Assembly (NCBI GenBank): GCA_965221165.1
Contig: CBDCRP010000002.1
Coordinates: 512,001 to 576,000, forward strand
Direction of reading: 5' to 3'
DNA: 64,000 nucleotides
Source: a bacterium
GTDB taxonomy: Bacteria > UBA8248
In this document: one piece after another, positions 19,573 to 27,882 of the stretch
Layout: every line of letters begins with the position of its first letter
How positions within the stretch are numbered: position 1 is the stretch's first letter
The notes under the pieces: generated by a model
The model's database searches: none
What the model saw: the letters and a program-made list of their open reading frames with translations, nothing else
What the model was told of the DNA's origin: nothing
Position numbers and translations under genes: made by a program

Positions 19573-19885
19573 ATGAAGCGAAGCACCGAGAGAATACTCA
19601 CGACCCACACGGAGAGCCTGCCGCGTCCCCAGGAGGTGGTCGATTTGTTGCCGGCCTAGGAGGAAGGCGGCGCGCGTTCTGCTGATCTCGATGCCGCCGT
19701 GGCGCGCGCGATAGAAGACGTCGTGGAGAAACAGGCGGGGGGGGGTCGACGTCATCAACGACGGTGAGCAGGGTCAGCCCGATTACACCACCCACGTCAA
19801 GGACAGGCTGACGGGATACGAGGGGAGAACCGGTTTGTGGTCGAACTCGCGATGGAGGCCCTGGACCGCAGGAAATACCCCCGTA
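19573..19885 (+). pseudogene. 5' remnant of a cobalamin-independent methionine synthase II family (MetE-like / epoxyalkane:CoM transferase-like) gene
   Basis: MKRSTERILTTHTESLPRP; in-frame TAG at 19657; frameshift in the G9 run at 19737-19745; then VDVINDGEQG..Y...RLTGYEG; truncated. Confidence 0.85.
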
Positions 19886-19889
19886 CGGA

Positions 19890-20115
19890 AATTGGAGTCC
19901 AGTTCCCGCGCTCGTCCTCTCCCGCGAAGAGGTCCCGCGTGAGCCTCCCTCCCTGCCACCTCGTAGCCATCGACGCCGACGAAGCGGGCGCTGGCCGAGG
20001 CGGCGGGGCACGCTGTCCTCGGTCAGCATGCACCTCATTGCCAGCCGCTGGGCCGGTAGCCCTGCTCCTTCACCTGCTCCCAGACCGCCGTCTGGCGGCC
20101 GTGGTCGGTGGTCCC
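19890..20115 (-). pseudogene. internal fragment of an ICE/plasmid-type ParB-like protein
   Basis: Across frameshifts reads TTDHGRQTAVWEQV..MLTEDSVP..ARFVGVDGYEVAG..RLTRDLFAGEDE, matching the recalled ARFVG...YEAAGG..RDLF motif of long mobile-element ParB proteins. Confidence 0.72.
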
Positions 20116-20184
20116 TAAATGAACGTTGCGGGGTGCGGCAGCATGAACTCAAAGAAGCCGTTACGGGCCGGATTCGGAGGTCAG

Positions 20185-20337
20185 TTGCACGATGATCCGA
20201 CAGGGACCCACTGGGATGCGCGGGAGTTTTAGTTGCTCCGCTTCCAATTTGATTACATTCTGCGGAAGCCGGATTCTGAACGGGACCGGAAATAATGACC
20301 TTTTTCCAATGATATCAACTGGATAACGGGATCTCAT
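20185..20337. repeat. diverged direct repeat, copy 2
   Basis: About 76% identical and ungapped versus 3063-3215; shared blocks tgcacgatg, tccgacagggac, gcgggagttt, ttgctccgcttcc and tttgattacat. Confidence 0.88.
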
Positions 20338-20481
20338 GGCCGATGAAGATGGCTCGACGTCCCTAAAAGGAGCGATTGCTGTTTGACCCGACCGGTGAGG
20401 GAGGGTTTGTAATCTTGAAGGGCATCAAAGGGGGGGAGTGTTGAGACGCGCACAATCGCTCCTTCCTCAGTCGCAATTGAC

Positions 20482-21462
20482 CTACACACTCACCCCCAAC
20501 GCCTTCTTCGCGGCTTCGACGACGTTGGCCGTGTTGGGGAGCACGAAATCCTCGAGGCGGGGCTCGAAGGGAATGGGCGCATCGAGGGCGGCCACGCGGC
20601 CGATGGGGGCGTCGAGATAATCAAAGGCTTCTTCCTGGACAGCCGCGGATATCTCCGAACCCACGCCGCTTCTCAGGTGGCCTTCCTCGACGATGATGCA
20701 GCGGTTCGTCTTGCGAACCGATTCGGCGAGCGAAGCGGTATCGAGCGGGGCCAGCGTCCTGGGGTCGACCACTTCTGCGCTGATGCCCTCTTTCGCTAGT
20801 TCATCCGCCGCCGCCAGGCAGTTGTGCACCTGATAACCCACGCCGATGAGGGTGATGTCTGCGCCCTCGCGCTTCACGGCGGCCTGGCCGAAGGGAGTGA
20901 TGTGCTCACCCTCGGGAACGGGGCCCTTCATCTTGTAGAGCATCTTGTGCTCCACCATGAGCACGGGGTTGTCGTCTCGAATCGCCGAGCACATGAGGCC
21001 CTTGGCATCTGCGGGGTCGCTCGGCGCCGCCACCTTGATGCCCGGTATCTGCATAAACCAGGCTTCCAGGCACTGGCTGTGGGTGGGGCCGTACTGCACA
21101 CCGCCACCGCCGGGGGTGCGCACGACCAAGGGCACGCTCAACTGCCCGCCCAGCATGTAGCGCAGCTTGGCCGCCTGATTGATGAGCGGGTCCATCGCCA
21201 GCATGATGAAGTCCATGAACATGATCTCGACGATGGGCCTGTAGCCCGCCATGGCGGCGCCCACGCCCGCGCCCACGATGCCGAGTTCGCTGATGGGCGT
21301 GTCGCGCACGCGGTCTCGCCCGAATTTATCGGCCAGCCCCTTCGTGACGCCGAATACATAGGCCAGTTCCACGTCCTCGCCCATGACGATGACGCGCTCA
21401 TCCCGCTCCATTTCCTCGTGATGGGCTTCGGTCAACGCATCCACAAAAGTGATCTCTCGCAT
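20482..21462 (-). CDS. 2-oxoacid/acetoin dehydrogenase E1 beta subunit
   Basis: GEDV, RDTPISE, EIMFMDF, THSQ and EHK; start at MREIT. Confidence 0.94.
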   Translation of the reverse strand: MREITFVDALTEAHHEEMERDERVIVMGEDVELAYVFGVTKGLADKFGRDRVRDTPISELGIVGAGVGAAMAGYRPIVEIMFMDFIMLAMDPLINQAAKLRYMLGGQLSVPLVVRTPGGGGVQYGPTHSQCLEAWFMQIPGIKVAAPSDPADAKGLMCSAIRDDNPVLMVEHKMLYKMKGPVPEGEHITPFGQAAVKREGADITLIGVGYQVHNCLAAADELAKEGISAEVVDPRTLAPLDTASLAESVRKTNRCIIVEEGHLRSGVGSEISAAVQEEAFDYLDAPIGRVAALDAPIPFEPRLEDFVLPNTANVVEAAKKALGVSV

Positions 21463-21517
21463 GTCGTCTCTCTCCAAGGTTATCGCTTAAGCGCGCAGCA
21501 CCGGGGGACGGGAATCT

Positions 21518-22507
21518 CTAGGCATACACGTCCTCGAGTGCGGATTCGAGCGTCGCCTCCGGGCTTTGCTCCGCAAAGTCGATGGCCCCGTTCAACTCAT
21601 CGTCCACGGCTTTTAAGTGCGCCTTTTTCTGCGCTTCCGTGAGTTTGAGCATTTCCGCCGCGATCGTCAGCGGATCGCGCTTTCTCCACTCGTCCACCTC
21701 TTCTTTCGTGCGGTAGGGGCCGAACTGGGGGTCGCCGCGCGAATGGCCGAAGAAGCGATAAGTCTTCGCCTCTATCAGGCTCGGGCCGCCTCCCTCACGC
21801 GCCCTGCGCACGGCCTCGGCGGTCGCCTCGTAGACGGCCACCACGTCCATGCCGTCCACCGTCACGCCGGGCGAGTCGTAGCCCTGCGCGCGCACGCTGA
21901 TGTCTTTCACCGATGTGGAGCGCTCCACGTGGTAGCTCACCGCGTAGTGGTTGTTCTCGCAGAAGAAGATGACCGGCAGCTTCCAGATGGCGCACAGGTT
22001 CATCGACTCGTGGAAACTGCCCTGGTTCGACGCGCCGTCCCCGAAGAAGACCACCGCCACCCGGCCCGTTCCTTCCAGTTGATAGGCGAGGCCCATGCCC
22101 GTGGCCATCGGCATGTTCGCCCCCACGATGGAGTGCGCGCCGTAGTGGCCTTTGGAGATGTCGGCGATGTGCATGGAGCCGCCGCGCGCCTTGCAAAGCC
22201 CGGTGGACTTGCCGAGAAGCTCCGCCATCATCTCGGGCATCCTGGTGCCCTTGGCGATGGAGTGTCCGTGGCCCCGGTGGGTGGTCAGGATGGCGTCCTC
22301 ATTGGTCAAGGCCGTGCAGACGCCGACCGAACACGCCTCCTGCCCGATGCTCACGTGAACCGCTCCCTTCACCCGGCCCGCCATGAAGAACTCGTCCGTC
22401 TTCTCCTCGAAGCGGCGGATCCGCAGCATGTTGCGGTACATCGCGTTCAAGTCCTTTTTCGTCAACCTTTTCGGCTTGGCCGATCTTCGCTTCGCCCTGG
22501 TGGCCAC
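21518..22507 (-). CDS. TPP-dependent dehydrogenase E1 alpha subunit
   Basis: THRGHGH, RGGSMH, GDGA...ENN TPP motif and TYRFFGHS. Confidence 0.94.
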   Translation of the reverse strand: MATRAKRRSAKPKRLTKKDLNAMYRNMLRIRRFEEKTDEFFMAGRVKGAVHVSIGQEACSVGVCTALTNEDAILTTHRGHGHSIAKGTRMPEMMAELLGKSTGLCKARGGSMHIADISKGHYGAHSIVGANMPMATGMGLAYQLEGTGRVAVVFFGDGASNQGSFHESMNLCAIWKLPVIFFCENNHYAVSYHVERSTSVKDISVRAQGYDSPGVTVDGMDVVAVYEATAEAVRRAREGGGPSLIEAKTYRFFGHSRGDPQFGPYRTKEEVDEWRKRDPLTIAAEMLKLTEAQKKAHLKAVDDELNGAIDFAEQSPEATLESALEDVYA

Positions 22508-22632
22508 GGCTTCCCCCTCCCGGCGACATCGTCAGAATGCAACCGTTGGAATGTCATGAGAACATGATTTTTAGACCCTTCATCAGTACCACACGGGGCG
22601 GTGGTGGTTCAATCGGCGCGGTGGGCGGGGCG

Positions 22633-23319
22633 TCACGCTGGCTTCGCGGCGTAGCGCAGGAACAGCTCATCCCCCTCGCGGCGAACCTCCACCAGTGTCA
22701 GCCCCAGAAATTCCCCCGAGCGGAAACCCGGCCCGTCCATGAGCGTCGGAGCGGATGCTCCTCCCGCCAGCCAGGGGGTGAGCGTCACGTGAAACTCGTC
22801 TATATAACGGGCGAACTCCCATATCAGGGAACCCCCGCCCTCTATCAACACGTTCTTCATTCCCCGCTCGCCCAAGTGGGCCAGCACCTGACCGGCGAGG
22901 GAATCCGCCTCGTCCAGAACCACGATTCGCGCGCCCCCGGTTCGTGCTTCCCCAAGACGGCGTGCCCCTCCCGGCGCGGTGAATATGAACCGCTCGACCT
23001 CATCGCTCTCGAACCAGGGCAATTTCTTGGGGAAAACGCCGCTTTTCGTGATCAGAGCGTTCGCCGGATGCGGCGGGAGGCCGCGTTCCAAGCGTTCGCG
23101 CGCGAGGGATTCCTCACGCACCCTCGCGGGATGGCGCGCCGTCCTGAGCGTCCGGCCGCCCCATATCACCACGTCCGCACAGGCTCTCAGGCGATCCATC
23201 TCCAGGCGATCCGTTTTGGAACCTAAGGAGAAATCCTCGCGGTCGGATCCTGAGATTTTTCCGTCGAGCGTCATCGCCAGATTCGCGAATACGAAGGGTT
23301 TGTCCATGAAAATTCTCAT
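22633..23319 (-). CDS. RibD C-terminal / dihydrofolate reductase-like family protein
   Basis: AMTLDGKI, LIEGGG and GGASAPT. Confidence 0.87.
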   Translation of the reverse strand: MRIFMDKPFVFANLAMTLDGKISGSDREDFSLGSKTDRLEMDRLRACADVVIWGGRTLRTARHPARVREESLARERLERGLPPHPANALITKSGVFPKKLPWFESDEVERFIFTAPGGARRLGEARTGGARIVVLDEADSLAGQVLAHLGERGMKNVLIEGGGSLIWEFARYIDEFHVTLTPWLAGGASAPTLMDGPGFRSGEFLGLTLVEVRREGDELFLRYAAKPA

Positions 23320-23415
23320 CCCGTGGTTGTGGTCTGCCCACTTAAGGCATTAAAGTTCGTTGTCACCTCATGTTCGTGAAAGCCGGCATTCATCAGACAA
23401 AGGAGAGAAAACGCC

Positions 23416-24066
23416 ATGGGTGAATTCGACCAAAGGGTGGACCTTCCCGCACTCGATTTTCAAAAGCTCAACATCGGCCCCTACAGCAACAACGTATACG
23501 TGCTGACGTGCAAGGCGACGAAAGAGTGCGTCATCATCGACACCTCTCACTCCGCCGAGCCGATTCTCGCCGCGTGCGAAGGCGCCGCGCCCCAATACAT
23601 TCTACAGACCCATTGCCACGGCGACCACATCGACGCGCTCGACGAGGTGCGCAGCCGGACGGGCGCGCCCCTGGGCCAGCACGCCGAGGACGCCAAAGAG
23701 TTCGGCGTCAGCCCGGATTTCACCATCGCGGACGGCGAGGATATCAGATTCGGCGAGATTACGCTCAGGGCCATCCACACGCCCGGACACTGCAAGGGCA
23801 TGCTGATGTTCCTCTACCCGGGCCACTGCGTCTGCGGGGATACGATTTTTCCCGGCGGCCCCGGCAAGACCTGGAACCACGGGCAATTGCTCACGTCGCT
23901 CGATTCCATCGAGAATAAGGTCTTCGCCTTGGCCGACGAGACCGTTCTCTACCCCGGCCACGGGGCGAACAGCACCGTCGCGCAGAGCAAGGCGGAAGTC
24001 GCCGGGTTCCGGGCCGCGGGCAGGCCTGCGCCGGGTGAATTCGGGGACGTGACCTGGGACAGCTAG
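23416..24066 (+). CDS. MBL-fold metallo-hydrolase (glyoxalase II-like)
   Basis: THCHGDH, HTPGH, GDTIFPGGPG and YPGHG. Confidence 0.92.
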   Translation: MGEFDQRVDLPALDFQKLNIGPYSNNVYVLTCKATKECVIIDTSHSAEPILAACEGAAPQYILQTHCHGDHIDALDEVRSRTGAPLGQHAEDAKEFGVSPDFTIADGEDIRFGEITLRAIHTPGHCKGMLMFLYPGHCVCGDTIFPGGPGKTWNHGQLLTSLDSIENKVFALADETVLYPGHGANSTVAQSKAEVAGFRAAGRPAPGEFGDVTWDS

Positions 24067-24134
24067 AGATAAAACGCTACGGGATGAATTCGGAGCGCGC
24101 GATCCTTTCAATCGCGCGACCTGGGACAGCTAGA
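24051..24134 (+). repeat. 17-bp exact direct repeat GACCTGGGACAGCTAGA
   Basis: Copies at 24051-24067 (includes the stop codon of the MBL gene) and 24118-24134. Confidence 0.85.
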
Positions 24135-24152
24135 CAACGAAGGAGCCATGCA

Positions 24153-24545
24153 ATGAGTTCAGCCGGCATCGTATTCGATCACGTGCACGTCATCAGCAAA
24201 GACCCCGAGGCGAGCGTGAACTGGTTCGTCGAAAACTTGGGGGGCGAGCGCGGAGATGGCGTCGTGTTCAAGGAAGCGCCGCAGATTCCTGTAAAATTCA
24301 ACGGCGCCACGGTCATCGTTCGCGGAGAAAGAACGGGCGAGAGCGCCGGAAATAAGGGCGGCCTCGAATGGGGGACGGATCATTTCGCCTTCCAGGTCGC
24401 AGGCGATTTTCAGGCCTATTGCGACGACCTCAAGGGAAAAGGTGTGAAATTCACCGTGGAACCGGTACAATTCAACCCGACGACGCGAATCGCCTTCATC
24501 GAGGCGCCCGATGGCGTCAGCATCGAGTTGCTGCAAAGAACATGA
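24153..24545 (+). CDS. VOC/glyoxalase family protein
   Basis: FDHVH, DHFAF and PDGVSIELL; AAGGAG RBS. Confidence 0.88.
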   Translation: MSSAGIVFDHVHVISKDPEASVNWFVENLGGERGDGVVFKEAPQIPVKFNGATVIVRGERTGESAGNKGGLEWGTDHFAFQVAGDFQAYCDDLKGKGVKFTVEPVQFNPTTRIAFIEAPDGVSIELLQRT

Positions 24546-24600
24546 TGCCGCGGAGCTTTTGCTCCGCCCTCCAAGACCGCCCGGTTTGAAGAGGAATACC

Positions 24601-25662
24601 TTGTTTCACCTCGCGCGTATCGCAGCGCCGTGTCTCCTGATGGCGGTGCTCGTGTGGAGCGTTGCGCCAGTGGCGCATGCGCAGGATAAGCGCGCGCAGG
24701 AACAGGAGGAACTCCCCCCGGAACCGCCCCTGGGCCTCGACGACGTGCCCGTGCCCGAGAACAACCCCATGACGCACCCCAAGGTCGAACTCGGAAAAAT
24801 GCTGTACTTCGAAAAACGCTTCTCCGGCGACGGAAAGGTTTCCTGCGCGACGTGCCACATGCCCCGGCGCGGATTCTCGAACGCGCGCCAGTACGGAACG
24901 GGCTTTGACGGCAGGCTCACGCTCAGGAACGTGCCCACGGTCGTCAACGCCGCCTACAACGAATCCCAGTTCTGGGACGGGCGCGCGGAGAGCCTGGAAG
25001 AACAGGCCAAAGGCCCCATCCTCCATCCGAGCGAGATGGCCTCGAGCGAAGAAAAAATCATCCGGACGCTCGGCGCGATTCGGGAATACCGCGAGCGGTT
25101 TCAGGAAGCGTTCGGAAGCCCCGGCATCAGCCTCGAGCGCGTGGTGCAGGCCATCGCCACCTTCGAGCGCACGATCCTTTCCGGGAATTCCCCGTTCGAC
25201 CGCTGGAAATACGGGGGCGATAAGTCCGCGCTCTCGCCTCGGGCGATCATAGGGTTCGAGGTCTTTACAACCAGGGGAAATTGTGTGAAATGCCATTTGG
25301 TGGATGAATTCAGCGCGCCCTTCACGGACGATAAGTTCCACAACATCGGCATCGGGATGGACAAGAAGCCTTTAGAGATCGGACGAGAGAAAATCACCAG
25401 AAAAATAAAGGATCGGGGCAAATTCAAGACGCCCACGCTTCGCCACATCACCCAGACGGCGCCCTATATGCACGACGGCCGCTTCTCCACGCTGGAGGAA
25501 ATGGTCGATTTCTACGACAAGGGCGGCCACCCGAATTCTCACCTCGACCCGGATATGAAGCCTCTCAAGCTCACGAAAACCGAGAAAGAGGACTTGATCG
25601 CCTTCATGGGCGCGCTCACGGGCGATCTCCCGGAAATTAAAGCCCCCGAGTTGCCGAAATGA
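24601..25662 (+). CDS. di-heme cytochrome c peroxidase / MauG family protein
   Basis: Signal peptide, CATCH and CVKCH, QFWDGRA, FKTPTLR, PYMHDG and VDFY; TTG start after GAGGA is uncertain. Confidence 0.9.
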   Translation: MFHLARIAAPCLLMAVLVWSVAPVAHAQDKRAQEQEELPPEPPLGLDDVPVPENNPMTHPKVELGKMLYFEKRFSGDGKVSCATCHMPRRGFSNARQYGTGFDGRLTLRNVPTVVNAAYNESQFWDGRAESLEEQAKGPILHPSEMASSEEKIIRTLGAIREYRERFQEAFGSPGISLERVVQAIATFERTILSGNSPFDRWKYGGDKSALSPRAIIGFEVFTTRGNCVKCHLVDEFSAPFTDDKFHNIGIGMDKKPLEIGREKITRKIKDRGKFKTPTLRHITQTAPYMHDGRFSTLEEMVDFYDKGGHPNSHLDPDMKPLKLTKTEKEDLIAFMGALTGDLPEIKAPELPK

Positions 25663-26390
25663 AGTCCATGAAGGCGAATTTCGCGGCGATTTTTTTCATC
25701 ATCGTGGCGGGAATTTTCTCTCTCTCCCACGCACCCACCCATTCATACGGTGCGGATGTTCAGGAGGGAAAATCTCTTTTCGAAAAGAACAACTGCGGAA
25801 GCTGCCACAGCCGCAAAGGACCTGAAACCAGGATACCCCCGCCCCGGCGCCACGGGATAAAAGGCCCCACGCTGTGGTATGCGGGCAACAAGTTCCGGCC
25901 CGGCTTTCTGGCTAAATGGCTCGCGAAACCAGAGCCTTTTCGCGGCGTCATCTACGGAACCATGAAGCGGGGGAAATACGCGCACCCCGTCCTCGCCGAG
26001 AAAGACGCGGCCAGGGTGGCGGCTTATCTCGAAAGCCTCAAGGACCCCGAAATGCCGGTGGGCGTCGTTCCGCACTGGAAAAAAATCCCCAGAAAAGTGC
26101 TCCGGCGGGCGAGAATACTGTTTCAGAAAAAACAGCCCTGCTATTCGTGCCACATGGTCGCGATACGAAAGACGGTTTATCGGGCGAAAATCGAGGTGGG
26201 CGGCCACAGCGCCCCTCATTTCAGGGAAGCGGGGAGCAGGCTGAACCCTGATTTCATCGTGTCCTTACTGAAACAGCCGGAACGCTACAACCCCAACGGC
26301 AGAATGCCGGTGTATGGGGATGAGGCGTTCACGAAACTGAGCGAGAAGGACTTCATCGCTCTCGCCGCTTACATCGCGAGTTTCAAATGA
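25659..26390 (+). CDS. periplasmic di-heme cytochrome c
   Basis: Signal peptide, CGSCH and CYSCH; overlaps both neighbours by ATGA. Confidence 0.88.
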   Translation: MKSMKANFAAIFFIIVAGIFSLSHAPTHSYGADVQEGKSLFEKNNCGSCHSRKGPETRIPPPRRHGIKGPTLWYAGNKFRPGFLAKWLAKPEPFRGVIYGTMKRGKYAHPVLAEKDAARVAAYLESLKDPEMPVGVVPHWKKIPRKVLRRARILFQKKQPCYSCHMVAIRKTVYRAKIEVGGHSAPHFREAGSRLNPDFIVSLLKQPERYNPNGRMPVYGDEAFTKLSEKDFIALAAYIASFK

Positions 26391-26815
26391 AGTTTTATTC
26401 TCTCGTGAGAACGCTATTTCTCACACTTGTGACGGCGACGGCGAGCGCCCCCCTCCTTGTGGGTGCGGAAGAACCGGCGAGCCGCGTGAACGCGCAGGAG
26501 AATTTCCGCTGGTTCTGCATCCAGTGCCACGGCCCCAAGGGAGACGGCAAGGGGGTGAACAATACCAAGAAGCTGCCCGTGAGCCCCCGCAACCTCACCG
26601 ACGGCAAGGACATGGCCCAGTTCTCCGATGAGGACATGGTGCGCACCATCACCCACGGAGGCGGGGCGAGCGACCTCTCGCCCATCATGCCGCCCTGGGG
26701 CAACGTGTTTACAAAACAGGAGATTCGTGATTTGGTGGCCCTGATCCGCAAGCTGTGCAATTGCCGCTTCGACCCCAAGGCGAAAGAGGCGTTTTTGAAG
26801 CAACAAGGCCGGTAG
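26387..26815 (+). CDS. periplasmic mono-heme class I cytochrome c
   Basis: Signal peptide, CIQCHG and distal MPPWG. Confidence 0.9.
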   Translation: MKFYSLVRTLFLTLVTATASAPLLVGAEEPASRVNAQENFRWFCIQCHGPKGDGKGVNNTKKLPVSPRNLTDGKDMAQFSDEDMVRTITHGGGASDLSPIMPPWGNVFTKQEIRDLVALIRKLCNCRFDPKAKEAFLKQQGR

Positions 26816-26826
26816 GTTCTTCCAGA

Positions 26827-27798
26827 ATGCGCGACATCATGCTCTCTATTGTCATTCTCGCTCTTTTTCTCTCAACGCCTGCGTCCGCGCTCGCGGCGGG
26901 AGAGCGGATTCTCGTCACGAACACGCGCGACGGTACTCTGAGCGTCATCTCGCGCGATTCCCACGAGGTAATCAAAACCATCCCCGCGGGCAGGAAGGCG
27001 AACCGCCTCTCGCTCGCGCCCGATGGGCGCCACGCCTACGTCATCAACGACGGCAGCGCCTATGTGCGTGTTTTCGACACGCATACGCTCAAATTCATTC
27101 ATCGCGTGCGCGCGGGCCGCGACCCCTACAATTTGGCGTTTTCCCCAGACGGCGCACTCGCCTACTTCGTGAACACCTATTCGGACAACGTAACGATTCT
27201 CGACGTCGCCGCCCAAAAGATCATCGGCCTGATCAAGCACGGGGGGAACAACCCGGTGAACATCAAGCTGAGCCCCGATGGCCGCCGCGCCTTCGTGGCG
27301 AACGAGCTGAGCGAGGATGTCTCCGTCGTCGATCTGAAGACCAGAAAACCGATCAAGCAGGTAGAGGCGGGCCACTACATCGAGGGAATCGACGTAACAC
27401 CCGACGGAAAAAGGCTCTACGTCATGAACGGAGAGCGCCACTCCTACAGCGTGGTGGACCTCGATACGCTCGAGACAATCCAGACGGTCAAGCTATCCGG
27501 CGAGCCGCACGACGCCCTCATTGCGCCGAACGGCGAATTCCTCTACGTCACTCTCCCGCACATTAACAGGGTGTCGGTATTCTCCCTGCCCTCGCAAAAG
27601 CGCGTCGCCAGAGTAAAACAGGGTGTGCGGCCCGACCTCATCGCCTTCACGCCCGACGGCGCGCTCGCCTACGTGACGAACAGGGATTCGAAAGAAGTGT
27701 TCGTGATGGATGCGAAAACACACCGCAACATCAAGAAAATCCGCGTGGGAAACGGGGCGCACGGCGTGCTCGTCGTGCCGCCCGCGCCGACGAATTGA
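26827..27798 (+). CDS. exported YVTN / cytochrome d1-like beta-propeller protein
   Basis: Signal peptide and about 7 repeats of (S/T)PDG..(A/L)YV.N...V.V.D. Confidence 0.88.
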   Translation: MRDIMLSIVILALFLSTPASALAAGERILVTNTRDGTLSVISRDSHEVIKTIPAGRKANRLSLAPDGRHAYVINDGSAYVRVFDTHTLKFIHRVRAGRDPYNLAFSPDGALAYFVNTYSDNVTILDVAAQKIIGLIKHGGNNPVNIKLSPDGRRAFVANELSEDVSVVDLKTRKPIKQVEAGHYIEGIDVTPDGKRLYVMNGERHSYSVVDLDTLETIQTVKLSGEPHDALIAPNGEFLYVTLPHINRVSVFSLPSQKRVARVKQGVRPDLIAFTPDGALAYVTNRDSKEVFVMDAKTHRNIKKIRVGNGAHGVLVVPPAPTN

Positions 27799-27882
27799 TG
27801 GGTTTGGCTTTGTAGGGAGCGCGTATCCAGTCCCCTACGGACAGTTACACGATGCGCTTCATTGAGGAGGCGGGGCGCCGAC

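Noticed and set aside
19737-19745. G9 run as a phase-variation switch
   Set aside because: The gene also has an upstream stop and is truncated, so slippage could not restore it
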